Position numbers and translations under genes: made by a program. Source: Chrysomallon squamiferum (taxonomy: Eukaryota; Animalia; Mollusca). From it: 64,000 nucleotides of DNA. The number at the start of each line of letters is the position of its first letter. Position 1 is the stretch's first letter. The notes under the pieces were generated by a model. The model was not told where the DNA came from, ran no database searches, and saw only the letters and a list, made by a program, of their open reading frames with translations. Of this stretch, positions 44,101 to 57,197 are shown in pieces. The stretch covers positions 13,392,001-13,456,000 of the forward strand of contig CM022672.1 in the NCBI GenBank assembly GCA_012295275.1. The letters run 5' to 3'.

Positions 44101-44875
44101 TTTAATAAAAAAAAAAAATTACTTTTGTGTTAAATGACAAATTTAATGGTTAATGCAGAATGTCTTCATTTTCTTGCATTGCGCTTACAAATGACAGGTG
44201 GTGCATTTGTGAAAATTCAAGTTCCTTGATTTTTCTAACCATTATTTTGTAATATAAAGTGAAATTACAAAAACAGATCAAGAAATTAGTTTTACTTTCT
44301 TCTTGTATATTAAATGTTTTTGTTTTTTCTCTTTTGCACAGAAAGCAAGACAGATGGCAAAGAAAAAAGCAATGGCAGCAAACCAGGCAGCATCATCATC
44401 AACAAAATCTACAGACAAAAATACTGTTGAAAAAGACACGACGGAGGACACTGTGAAAACAGCATCTACTGAAAACACCAAAATATCCATCGACGAGAAA
44501 TCAGAGGACAAATCTGAGAATACTGATTCTTCTGATGATAAATCAGAGGTCAGAAAGTCCTTGAAACGTGAGGATTCGGTTACTGATGATGACATATTGA
44601 AACAAGATGATGATACGGTGTTGGATGACACCGACGTGACAGGTGAAGAGGATCGACTGTTGTCCCATGATGATGCCCATACTGAAATGAAAATGGCTGA
44701 TGAAAAAGAAACAGATGAAGATAAAGTTGCTAACGAAGAATCATCTGAGGTGTTACTCATTAATGAAGAGGAAGATACTGAATCTTTAGAAACAGAAGAA
44801 ACGGCTAATTCTGAATTGTCTAAAGGCAGAGGACGGGTCATTAAAGGGAGGAAAGCCAAACGAGGACGAAAGTAG
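35114..44875 (+). CDS. matrin/U1-type zinc-finger protein A (Pep/CIZ1/Matrin-3-like), about 665 aa; exons 35114-35554, 36942-37044, 38442-38488, 40274-40345, 41600-41745, 42053-42128, 42320-42424, 42741-42794, 43114-43323, 43600-43687, 43899-44020, 44342-44875
   Basis: GT-AG exons join in frame. G/M/P/Q-rich N-terminus and an RS segment (RRRSRSRDR). Fingers: CHLC-x12-H-x5-H, CKLC-x10-H-x5-H, CSWC-x13-H-x5-H and the matrin finger PTYNSETAVGQNYVISVTGYFCKLCHKFY..THCKSQAH. Acidic tail ending in basic KGRKAKRGRK. Confidence 0.88.
40869..41135 (+). repeat. ~140 bp direct tandem duplication in an intron of gene A
   Basis: taggtattgttatttatt..gatcagtgctacataga..caggaatatcaaattctgatgaacttg..ctttaaaaact occurs twice (about 40870 and 41008), near-identical. 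Confidence 0.9.
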
Positions 44876-46686
44876 ACAATCCAAGGATGTTGATTTATTA
44901 CACCTACATTGACAGATTGTATATTTTTCATTATTGAAGTGTACATATTACAAGTTGAATATTGTTATTGAAAAAAAATTCAAAAATAAGTCAATCAATA
45001 ACAAGAGACTAAATTTGACAAATGTATTATAAAATTATATTTGTGCCATTACAAATCATTGACATTGTTTACCAGGAATTTTATTTTTAATTTTTTAAAA
45101 AACATTTTTTCTTTTTTTTTGTATTTAACAAGATGTTAATGGTTATGGACTTTTAACGATTATTTATTTTATTATTTTTTTTTTTTATTGTTACCAGTGA
45201 AGTTGGGTTATGGATTTATCATTAATTAAAATCTTTATTTTGCCAATGCAGTATACAATGAAAAGCAAAGACCAATTCTTAATGACCAGAGTTAATATTG
45301 TCTGCCAGATGAATGTTTATTCTGTCATTTACTACACTTTAACAGTTTGAATGAATTTCCATTAATTAGATGTATTCTTGTTGCTAAAGGTTTTTTCCAA
45401 AGTATTACATTTATTTTAAACAATAAAGATAAAACAATTTTAAGATATTCCAAATTGTTGTTTTTGTTGTTTGTTTTTGTTTTTGTTTTTTGGGGGTTTG
45501 TTTGTTCGTTTTTTTTAAGCAGCTAATGTATAACCAGAGCCTCAGTTTTAAAATTGGTGGCTTTTTATAAATTCTTCCTATGCACAAATTCATTTCTTGT
45601 GAGCTTTCTGTACTGTTTCCAGGAAAAATAAACCTGACCATATAAATGCTATTTTAAATAATGATAGTGATACGGCAGACCAAATTCACAAGCTCTAATT
45701 TAAATTCTCCAGTGATATTCATCCAGATGTCCATGTGAGCTGTTCTCTGCCAAAGGATGCTTAGGCTAATTTAAATTATTTGGTCGTAACTTCCCTTTTT
45801 AAAAAAATAGGTGATCAATCAAACTAATCATTACTCGTGATCATTTATTTAAAATCCTTATTTAAAATGTTAATACTCCATTAGTCACATGGAAATAGAA
45901 ATAACTTGTTTGTCTTACATTTTTATTGCAATACATATGTAGAAATCTTCTAGTTGCAAAAATAATTATCCACATTAAGTATGTTCCTGTTATTCGTACT
46001 GTGAAAGAAAAGAACAATTTAAATTTAAAATTCAGTTCATTAATATATATATATTGCTTTTGTACCATGTCTGAATGCCTGATGTATTAATGAACTGAAT
46101 ATTAAACTGGAATTGTTGTTTATTTTTTTTTTTATTATAATATTTTTTAATATACATACATGCATACATGGACAAAGACACACACACACATACACGCACA
46201 AACACACATATATATATATTTATAATAAATGTTTTATGTGTTCTTATTTTGTTTCCATTTCTTTTTTCTTTTGCTGTTTACTTTTTTCTGGCGGCATCAG
46301 AAGCGAGCACCGAAATAGGGAGTAGTGTTGTTGTCTTTTTTGTTTGTTTGTTTGTTGTTGTTTTTTTTTGTGTTTTTTTTTCAATACCTTCTCAAAGAAT
46401 TAAAACAGAAAAGTGAAACAACAGGCTTTTAATTTCGATTATCTGAAGAAGCGACCGCCAAATTCATTGTGGATGCGGGTTGTCTCAGACCTGGGTACGC
46501 GTTGCCTTGGGTACGAGTCGTTTACAGGTCACCATCTTTTAGACTGGCTTGTTCCATACCCTAAATCAGAAGCGGAGCGATTTTGACAGTCAGTGTAGAA
46601 GGATACAAGTTGTGATAAACTGTTCTGTTACGGAGAAAGTGTTTGCTTCTTAATTTTATATTCTATAGTTAAAGGACACGATTAAT

Positions 46687-47532
46687 ATGAATGTTCTACG
46701 TCTGCTCCCTAAAACGCCAACTGAAGTTGGTGCCTTCACATTTCTGTTGATTAGTATTCACTCGATACTGATCTTTGAACTTGTTGTCGTTCTACCATTT
46801 TGCTATAAGGACGCACCCCTTGATACAATGTACTGTTTTCACATTGTCGCAGGTTCCTTTATTTACATCAATGTTATTTGCAACTTGTGGAAATTGATTA
46901 TCACGAAAAGTTCCGTGGTTGGAAAAATGTTACCAATACAACTGAAACCAGGCTGGCGATTTTGCATGGCATGCGAATGTAATGCACCTCCTCGCTCTTT
47001 CCATTGTCAAACGTGTAAAACATGCATCTTAAAACGAGACCATCATTGTTTATTCACTGGAAATTGTATCGGACTCAGTAATCAGCGATTTTACATACAG
47101 CTAATGTTCTACATTTGGTTGGCATCGCTTTATGCGAATATTATGAACATTGATTTCATTTTTCATACCTTTGGTAGCTTTTCGTTGAAGACTGCTTTTT
47201 CACTGATTCTGCCATTATTTGCTTGGCTATTTGGAATAGTACCGACAATGTCATTAGGTTCAGCTTTAATGATAACTCTCTGTCTAATGGGTATATCAAT
47301 AACCTCAACATTATTAGCTTATCATTTAAACAATGTTTACAGAGGTCAGACAGTTTATGAAAATACATACAACATCAGGGATTATGATTTGGGCTGGAAA
47401 GAAAATATTAAAAGTGTCTTTGGGGAAAAATGGTACATTGCTTGGTTATGGCCTTTTCTGTCATCACCAATTTGTTGCAATGGGATGGATTTTAGAACTA
47501 GAAATTCATGGGAGACATCAAAAGATATCTGA
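46687..47532 (+). CDS. ZDHHC24: DHHC palmitoyltransferase (ZDHHC24-like), single coding exon, 281 aa
   Basis: DHHC-CRD CMACECNAPPRSFHCQTCKTCILKRDHHCLFTGNCIG..NQRFY, hydrophobic TM segments, TTxE-like GQTVYE and PaCCT YDLGWKENIKSVFG. Family is certain; the ZDHHC24 subfamily is inferred. Confidence 0.9.
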   Translation: MNVLRLLPKTPTEVGAFTFLLISIHSILIFELVVVLPFCYKDAPLDTMYCFHIVAGSFIYINVICNLWKLIITKSSVVGKMLPIQLKPGWRFCMACECNAPPRSFHCQTCKTCILKRDHHCLFTGNCIGLSNQRFYIQLMFYIWLASLYANIMNIDFIFHTFGSFSLKTAFSLILPLFAWLFGIVPTMSLGSALMITLCLMGISITSTLLAYHLNNVYRGQTVYENTYNIRDYDLGWKENIKSVFGEKWYIAWLWPFLSSPICCNGMDFRTRNSWETSKDI

Positions 47533-48528
47533 ATTTGCATTTACAAAATATGACTTTCAAAAGAAATAACAGGACTGTTAACAAAATTTTCTTGCCACTG
47601 ATTTTATTTCAAGTACTGGATTGGTCATCTGATTTATTAGTCATTAAGTCTTCCAGACATCACCCATATTTTAGTCATTTTAGACTCAGTTAATTGATCA
47701 TCTATTCACAGACTGGTGAATGCACCTGATTTAATTCAGATCATTATATCAAATTATTACTTAGACATTCTTTTCTTCTTTTTTTTCTGATAGCTCAGTT
47801 TTTCTTTTACAGAAACAAAATGGGTAGTACTGATTTTGTAACAATAATGTTAAACAAAAGTCTTTTTATTTTTTTATTTGATGAGACCTAAATTGGAAAT
47901 CTTGTATATCTTTTTTATTCTGTACTTACACTTTTTGTTTTCATTTTGATATTTGAGATACATTAAATTTTGTAATAAATTTATATTTTCATGTTAAGAA
48001 TTATATTGTTGTTGTTATGTACATTACTATATAAAATAAAATAATTTGTTGCGAACTTTCATCATGACAATATTTTATCAGATAGTTTTATTTGCAAATG
48101 CAGACTGTAAACTAGAAGTATTGTGCCCTTTAAATAATTTCCTGGAAATTAAAAAAAATATAATTTTTTAAAACAATAATAATAATGAAAGAAAAAAACA
48201 TGTTAAAGTTAATTAAAAATAACTCCTCTTTAAATTTATCTTGAGTTCTTATCATCACCTGATATCAATAACTTAATACTATAATAGTAAGACAAAGGTT
48301 GATTTGGCCATGTTCTTTTGTAAGTTTGTACATGCATTTATGTATGGTGTTTATGTGGACTCAAAACTACTTCAAAACAGAAAGTTCCATGTTTTGTTTT
48401 GGTTTTTTATCGAAAATCTGTCAATGCTACATACTTAAGATCTTTACACTTTATTATGTGATAACTAATTTTACCCCCCCACACACACACGTATATATTT
48501 ATTTATACACACACACATACATACATAT

Positions 48529-48568
<40 letters not shown>

Positions 48569-48853
48569 AAGTGAATTATTTTATTAATGGTTTTATTTTT
48601 CAGTTTACCGAGATAATCTGAAAAATGAACACCGTAAATTAGATACGGTCAAGGTCAAGTAGGAAGTAACAGTTTTTATTGCAAGAAAATAAAATAAATT
48701 TTATTTAATATAGAAACAGCTAAAAATAATCATTAGCAAATTTAAAAATCACCTATTATTAAATAACATTGTTATTGTTAAGATCGTTTGAAGGCCTTTA
48801 CGTTTCATGTATTTGAGACTAATGAATAGAAAGTACTCTTTCCGCAAAACGAG

Positions 48854-48867
48854 GCGCTATCTGGTGA
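48854..48867 (-). promoter_or_regulatory. CTCF-like motif in the promoter region of ZF gene B
   Basis: Minus strand TCACCAGATAGCGC versus core consensus CCACCAGRKGGCGC (2 mismatches), in a CpG-containing patch about 560 bp upstream of the ATG. Confidence 0.25.
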
Positions 48868-49425
48868 CAAGACATTTTCATGCCGGTTTAAGAGGAAGGG
48901 AAAATATCCTTAAGGGACTAAGTAGAAGTAATGTTTTTTTGTTTTTATTATTTGCTTAATTAATTTGTATTATATACAGCAATAAAGAAAATTTATAACG
49001 TATATTTTTAAGAGATGTAATTGTATTTTTTAAAGTTTGTTTTATTATGAAAAGGCGTGCTCAGTAAATTATGAGAAGACAACTCTAAATTAAAAAGGCT
49101 GTTAAAAAGACTGATTCGTGTGTGTGTGTGTGTGAGTAAGTGTGTGTGTATAAAACATGGATTTAGGATTTATATTAAATAAAGTGAGTAAATATCAAAA
49201 ATAAGATATAGCTGGTTATCGTTTTTTAGTATTTACATTGCAGCTAAAATATTTTATGTGTCAATTAAAAAATATTCTAGGAAGAAACCCCAGTAAGACA
49301 GTGTTATATATATATATATATATATATATCATTATATATGTAATGTCCTTATTATATAAATATTTAACATATTTCATTTTCAATGCGGTAATAATATTTC
49401 CTTCATTTAAATTAAAGAATTTGTA

Positions 49426-50735
49426 ATGATGGGCAAGAAGAATAAACGTGGAAATGCTATGGGCTACAGTCAGTCCGATTGGATGCCAGCCGACTTGGGA
49501 GCAAGAGAACCACATTGGCGTGACCCAGGAAGACCAAACCCACCATCAGTTCGTCGTCAAAATTATGGGCCACAAGGTCGATGGAATAGAGAATCTGACT
49601 GGTATCACCGAGGATATGATGACTTTTTTGGACCACATATATATAACAATAATTATGGAATGCCACCACAAAATGATCCAAATTACTGGCTGAAAGAGCA
49701 GATTCGTCAGCGTGAAATGCAGCTAGCTGAAATAATGGAAAGACAGAGTCAGCTCATTTCACAAACAAGAGGTAATGTTAAAGAAGAATTAACATTTATT
49801 TAAAATAGTCTAATAAGTTATTAAAGTACAGAAAGCAGGATTGATCCTGGAACCAACCAGACCAGTAGTCAGTTTTAATGGATTCATTTAATATCAGAAT
49901 ATTTTTAATTATTAATATTGAAATTGATCTTAAAATTATTAATGTTCTGAAAGCTATTTGTATTTACTGCAATGTGGTATATGATTTTATTATCGTTCTG
50001 TATGGTTTTTGTTTGGTTACCTGTGTTACATTAACATTACAAATATCTTGTAGGTGCTATTGGCTTAAGTCCACCTCCACCACTTATGTCATTGGATGTT
50101 AGAAAACCAAGATTCGGACGCCATAATTACGATAGAGTAAGTTACTGTTAGTAAATGAAATGTTCATTTTTTAAACATAACTCTGTGCTATAGTTTATTC
50201 TAAAGTAATTCAGCAAATCATTGAATGAGTGGTGCAGAATTTAATAACATAAAAAAAATACTAATAATCCTCCAAAATAATCCAACCAAAAAAATCTAAA
50301 TATTGTTTCCTTTATTTTTATTTTTTGGATTCAGTATTATTTTATTGAAAAAACAATAATAGAAAGTAATCATTTAAAAAATAAAATAAAATAAAAATTA
50401 ATAAAGATAACTGATAATCAGTAATGTTTAATATTCCTGTCTGTCTTATTTAATTACTATTTCAGAGTGGTTGGAAACCAAACAGATCTGCACCACCTCA
50501 ACAAAGCAAGTTAGTATGTGATAGAAAAGTAAATATTTAATAATTTATATTTCAAAAGATTACTTTAATTCTGACGAACTCTCTCCCAGCTGAACTGCTG
50601 CATTTATTTACAATCAGAATAAAACAGCATTTTAAAAAAAAATTCTAAACAAATAGGTTCTTAGTTTTCAAGAACCTTCATGGCTTTTCTTTAATGATAT
50701 GTTTGTGAAATAATTAAAAAATTATTATTACCATT

Positions 50736-50794
<59 letters not shown>

Positions 50795-51773
50795 TATTAT
50801 TATTATTTTTTTTTTTTTTCAAGTAAACTTAATACTTGCCCCATCATGTTAAATGACCAACTAAATCCAACTAGACTTTTGTGGCTTTCAGCACAATAGT
50901 TATGTTATTGTGTTGTTTTGTTTTCCAGGCGTGTGTACTGCGAGGTGTGCAGATCTAACATTGATGGATCATTCAAAACTCACTGTCGATCTACTACACA
51001 CAAGGTGCAATTTTATTTTAGTTTCCAAGAGAAGTGAGTTATTCAGGCCAAACAAGAGCGAGCCTTACATGTTAGAAATGTATTTTTATAGTAAATAAGT
51101 AAATATTTGTGTATGTATCTCAAATTAGTTCAACGAATCATTTTTGAGCTACATTATCCAGTTTGTTTCTAAAATAAATTTGATTGTTTATTGGATTTTG
51201 ACACAGTTATGGCATTTGTTTTTTGCTTTTAATTATTATGTATTTTATGTACAGTGATTTTAATGAAAAGAAAATGAGATTATATTGCTTGACATGCTGT
51301 GACATTTGGTTAATGAATTAGTTAGTGCAACACAGTCATGTTTAATGTCTGCAGTAGTTGTTGAATTTGTACTTTTCTGTTTTTATTTTTGTGGTTGTAA
51401 TTTCAGAGAGAGGTGCAAGTAAAACGAGGTTGTGGTTGGTGTGGAATAGATAGTTTCAAGTCTTTCACTGAATTGCGTGAACATCGCATGACACAGGGTC
51501 ACGTAGAGGTAGCTCCTTTGATCTCTACACACAAAGCATTTTTTTGTGTGTCTCTATCTATCTATCTATATAATATATCTGTATACATACATATTTATTT
51601 ATTTTATTATTTTAACATTGTTGCTATTCTAAGATTAATTTCAACTTTTTATTCATATTCAATGCCAAGAAGCAGACCAGTCATATTGAAAAAAAAAAAT
51701 TTGTTACCCTCAGTAAGAGAAAAAAATGAATAATAATAAAATAAAAATTAATAAATAATAATAATCTATCTTT

Positions 51774-51813
<40 letters not shown>

Positions 51814-54800
51814 TGAATATATGGATAAAATAACCTATTCCATTTCAGTAATATGAAATTTCAAAATTATTAGCTACAGGTAATTTTATTTTTATTTTTA
51901 GAAACAAGAAAAATACGGAAAGAAGAAAGGTGAAAAGGAAAAAGAAATAACTGATCCTGTAAGCATTAATTAAATCTCAAATCATTTCTCAAAAATTATT
52001 TATATGAAACAAGGATCAGAATTGCACAGGACCAATAGTAAAAACTGATTAGTAATGTTAATCACATGAATTCAATAGAAAAAAGTTGAAGCTGAAGATC
52101 AGATTTTCTATGTAAATTTGTGTAGCATTTGACTAAATAAAACTGAATAAAACTGTTGTTGGGTATCAGTTATTATAAGTTTGTTAAAAAAAGAATGGAT
52201 TTTCCTGTATTTTATTTTCTGTCAAAATGCCAAACACAATACAAGTCCAAAAAATTGCAGACTGTTAGGGGTTGGTCTAGATTTTTGGATTTTCCAGATT
52301 TTCGGGTAGTATTTTTGAAATTCAGATTCTGAGATACACCCCAATTAATTGTTAAATTTAGAAAGTGTGAGAAATGTTTTTTAAAAGTCCAGAGCCTCAA
52401 ACAATTCAGATTTGTGGATTTCTGCTTGATTTTTGGTTTTGTGTTTTTTTAATTTTATATATATTTATGTGTATGTAAATTTTTTTCTTTCAGAATGACA
52501 TGCCTGCATATGAACCAGGTTGTGTGAGAGGTGAGAGTTTTAAATGTGTTCACTTACATTCACCATCTGCTTATACCAGCATGCAAGCAAATAGCAGATT
52601 AACATAACAATATTCCAATAATGTAGCTGTTTTAGAACAGGTGCAGTGTAAGATTATTTTATTTTCAAAAACCTCAAAGTGTCTCGAGTGAAAAGTGTAT
52701 GCATTTAGTAGTTTAAAAAACTGACCAATCTAAATTTAATTTTCATGTTACTTTAAATAATAATAATAAAAAAAAATCCTACACTGTATAATGCTTCATT
52801 TGTTAAAGGTTTTTGACAAATAAAGCAACAGTATTCATTATCATGTTGTTTTCTTTCTTGGGGTAGGGAAGTGTTTGGCTCCTGCATTTTGGAAGTTAAA
52901 AGTTCAGATGTGGCTGTTCTTTGTTCTTGTTTTTTTCTGTACTGACAGAAATGTTTCTATTTTTAGCGACTAGCACCACTGTTGACAGTGTTGTTGGTTG
53001 CAGGTTCCCATGATCAAAGCTAAGAATGAAGGCTCCATGATATGAAGCTCAATATTAACATCCTTAATAGTGACTTAAAGTAAGTTTTGTTGTGTTAATT
53101 AACGTGAGAAAGATTTAAAAAAAGCAAAAAGAAACAAGTTTAACTCGGTTATTGAAAATTGTTAATATTGGAAGTGGAAAACAAATGTCATAGATAGATT
53201 ATTAATTATTTTTTTAAATGAAATTATAAATATTAACAATAATGATAATAATATATTTTGTCAGGAAACAATTGTATCAATTTAAAGTAGCATTTTTACT
53301 TAATTTAAAATTTTAAAATGCAGATTGTTTACTTTGATTTTATTATTATATCTGCTAAATTAAAATTAACTTAAACATTTGTTTGGAAGTGAACTGTTAA
53401 GCATATTAGTAAATATAATATTATTTCAGAGGATAAACTGATATCAGTGAATTGAAAACAATATATACTTGTGCATAACAGATAATGCTTAAAGTACATG
53501 TTACTTGGATTTTATCATTCATGTTTTTCAAACCAGCCCCTTGCAACTCAAAAATAGTCTGCACTGACTTGGTTTGTCTAAACAGTCAAAATCATTTTAA
53601 AATCCTAATAAATTTCAAAGTCATGACATTCATTTCCATCTAAAATAGTCCCCATTAACGTTTTACTGTGTGCTATAAAACAGCATTCTCTTTATTCAAC
53701 ATTAACAATGGAGTAGAATTGTTTCAACTTAGGTAATTGTAACAATTCAAATAGTGGCATATTTTAAGTTTTAAAGCACTGATACACATCATGTTGTCAC
53801 AACATCTTAGACTGATATTTGATATTTGATGGATCTGCAGTTTCATTCCTGGTGGGAACTTACCTTTCTTTGATAATCTACTGAAGCATAATTATGTGTC
53901 TAGATTAATTTAGAAAATTAAAGAATAAAAAAAAAAAAAAAAAAAACGATTCATGAATCTGCTAAAAGTGTTTTTGTTTTCAGGTACCACTTTTTTGCTT
54001 TCTGAAAATGAAGATAAAATTATCCTGTATTGTTTTCTGGTTTTGTTTCTTTCCTTTCTTTTTTTTTTTTTTTTTCATTCTTAAGGCAGCTTGGCAGCTT
54101 TACAGTCTCTTTATAGTTTTTCAGTACATATATGTATATATATATGGTTTTTTTTTAATCAGGTCAGAAGTACGTGATGCCAGTGACAGGATTTTACTGT
54201 AAATTGTGTAAGAAGTTCTTCCGCGAAGAATTGGCAGCTACTGTTGATCATTGCAGCTCTGAAGGACATTATGAAAAATGGAAGGTTTGTATTATTTTCA
54301 AATACATCTTGTTGTTTTTTTCATGAAATCTTCATTACGATATATACTGACATTTTGCTATTTATAACTATAATCAGTACACACAACTTAATTTCATTTA
54401 ATAACTTTTTATCAAGATCATTTTGTGAATTAAAACTCAACTCTTGCAAGGAAAAATTAATTAAATATAATTATTAAATACATTACCATTGTTCATCATA
54501 AATTTCACTGCGACAGTAGTTGTTAATACATAGATGTTCTAGTTCTTCAAAATGTTTAATGTGTGGACACACTGCAGAGAAAACAGCAGTAATTTAAATA
54601 TTTTAAATTCAAATGCATAACTTACCTAACAGAAAAGTAACTACTACCTACAGGAAGCCAAACTAATGAGTCTTCGTGATAGAAAAAATGCAAAGATCAA
54701 AAATCAGGCAAACGGAGAAGATCAGAAAGAAGAGGATGATAATCAGAAAGATGCCAGTGATGATAAGAAAGAAGAAGGAGGCAGTGACGATCAGAAGAAA

Positions 54801-54935
54801 ACTGAGAATGATGATCACAAGGAGGATGCCGATGCTTCCACGACAGAAGATGAGGTCAGCAAAGATAAGGAAGAAAGTACAGAATCACAGCAAACGGGCC
54901 CAGAGAGTGAGGATACGTCTGACGACTCTCAGTAA
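49426..54935 (+). CDS. matrin/U1-type zinc-finger protein B (paralog of A), about 382 aa; exons 49426-49771, 50054-50136, 50466-50509, 50929-51004, 51407-51508, 51902-51958, 52494-52530, 54163-54284, 54654-54935
   Basis: In-frame GT-AG exons. Fingers: CEVC-x10-H-x5-H, CGWC-x13-H-x5-H and the matrin finger PAYEPGCVRGQKYVMPVTGFYCKLCKKFF..DHCSSEGH. The 76-nt and 122-nt exons match gene A in size; acidic tail. Confidence 0.86.
50742..50792. repeat. ~50-nt poly(T) tract in a gene B intron
   Basis: Direct reading. Confidence 0.9.
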
Positions 54936-55999
54936 CCTGTTTTATCTGGCGTGACACTTTCTCTTAATTTTGTAACCTGTAACCGGCTTGCTGTTTTCAT
55001 TTTCATCACGTTGGTAAAAAGATAATTTGCCAGCCTCCAAAAAAAAAAATTAAGAAAAAAAATTGGGAAGATGATACACAAAGGCACTTTTTTTTTTGTT
55101 TTTGTTTGGAGAACATTTTATTATATTATTATTTATGGTTATAATGTAACTAATTTCATGGATATATTTATTTCTTATTTAACTATACGTTTCTTTTACT
55201 TTGTAAAAGTATTGTTGAAATAATAAGTTTTGGGTTTGTTTGCAGCTGAACAGAGAAGGTTTTTACAGCTTGACAATGTATCTCTCTGAAAGTTGTTTAA
55301 TAATACAGAATTAAAATAAAACAAGTATGCTTCTTTAAAATTGCAGTCTAATTATTCACTAATGCAATTATCCTGTTAATGTAGCAACTACTTTTTCACA
55401 CTATGCTAGCAAAAGTGACTGAATGAGAAAAAATCACAAACACTGTAAATGTTAATGTGTATCTGAAATGTAATTTTTTTACGTTATTTTTGCATTCTTT
55501 TATACAAAATGTTTTGTAAAATTTTGTTTACCATGTTGGATGGTTTTAAGCTTGGCAGTTGAAGTCAAACTGACCATTGCTGTAATGACTGGTTTCTTTA
55601 CCAAGGATGGCTTACCCTGAAGGTGCAGTTTTATTACTTATTTTTTATATTTTTATTTATTTTTAGGTTTCAGTTTCCGTTGTTTTCTCTTGATTTTGTT
55701 GGTGCAAACCTGCATCATAATTTGTATGTAACAGCCTGGTCTTAACTCAAAATGATCAAGGAAATTAAATTAAAAATTTGTATTGTTTATTTTGTTTTTG
55801 TTTTTATTAAATATAAAAAAAAAAAAAAAAAAAAAAAGAATATTGGTTTATTTTTATTTGTTATTTTCACTGTTGGAATCTTCCTTTTGTATAAAGGCTA
55901 AACAAGTTCAAGGATAAAATGTGATTAAATTTTTGGGGTTTGTACTAAATGATTCCAGTTCCTAAACACTGAATAAACAACCAAACATGGTACAAAGAG

Positions 56000-56397
56000 C
56001 CCAACAAAATAATGCCATCAAAAAAGGCGAAACACATCAACTAACACCCCTTATCTCCTCCAATGTTCTTTTACTACAATTACACGGTTATATTATGGCA
56101 ATATTAGTGGTCTAGTAAGATTCTGAAAAATGTGCAGTATTTAATAAAGAACATATTTGGGAAATGTATCTGTCTGGTGTTGCCCAGCAAGAACGTGAAA
56201 AAATTGAACAATAAAAGGTTAACTTTTTGTTTAAATGAACTGAATGTTACGAACCCAACAAAATAATACCATCATCAAGTGGCAAAATGTTTCAGCTAAG
56301 AACCCTCATGACCACCTAGGTACTTTCACCTCAATCTACAAGAGGTTTTATTATGGCCATGTTAGGCATCTTACAAAATTTGGAAAAAGGGCAAAAG
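56000..56397. repeat. diverged ~253-bp-period direct repeat between convergent genes B and C
   Basis: cccaacaaaataat(g/a)ccatca at 56000 and 56253, each followed about 90 bp later by tattatggc(a/c)at(a/g)ttag. Confidence 0.6.
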
Positions 56398-57060
56398 TTT
56401 AGTATTTTTCTATTATTTTTATTACAGCCAAAATGTTTATATTTTGGTTGTGGGGAGGAAAATCTCTAGCGACTCAAACTGAAAACTGGTTCAGTTCAGT
56501 TAACCAGAGCAATGGATGGTTATTAAAGCTGTACAGAAAATCGAGACTGAATTTTTTTTTCAGCATATTTTAATATTGTACCACCAGTATTCAGGAAAGA
56601 TGATTATATAACAAAATTCACCCCACCATTTTGTCTTTGTTTTTATTCCTACCCCTCCATTTTATTTTGTTTCATGCTCACAGCATAAAAAAAAAAGTAT
56701 TGTTCTGCTGGCCATATAATAAAATGAGTTTTCATTTTCATTTGCTAACTTCAGAGAGGTTTTTCACAGAAAACAAAAGCAAAGCATGTCTATTTGAATA
56801 TCTTTACTAACATTTTTGAAAATAAAACAAAAGTGATCTACAATTTTAGTTTATCAATATGATTATCTATTAACAATTCAAATTTGAAATTTTAACAAGA
56901 TTTAAAATTTTAAACTGAATGAAAATTCTAATTTACATTGATCAATGTTACACTGTGAGACCTAATTACAAAGACAACATCTGGTGAAACACAATTAATA
57001 TGAGGTTAATGACATGAAACAAAAAACAACAACAGTAAAAGCTAAAATAAGGATAAAATA

Positions 57061-57197
57061 TTAGAATGATAATCATCTTAAAATCCTGATGAGTTAATTT
57101 AATATATTCGTAAACCAAACAATGTGTTTTAGAATGATTATCATCTTAAAATCCTGATGAGTTAATTTAATATACTCGTAAACCAAACAATGTGTTT
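57061..57197 (+). repeat. 68-bp tandem duplication
   Basis: ttagaatgat(a/t)atcatcttaaaatcctgatgagttaatttaatata(t/c)tcgtaaaccaaacaatgtgtt twice, with 2 differences. Confidence 0.92.

Noticed and set aside
44278-44946. 222-aa Ser-rich ORF on the minus strand
   Set aside because: Antisense shadow of gene A's acidic terminal exon.
53975-53990. ttttcag|gtacca as a recursive splice site in gene B
   Set aside because: The intron is short and the regenerated donor is weak; cannot be supported without reads.
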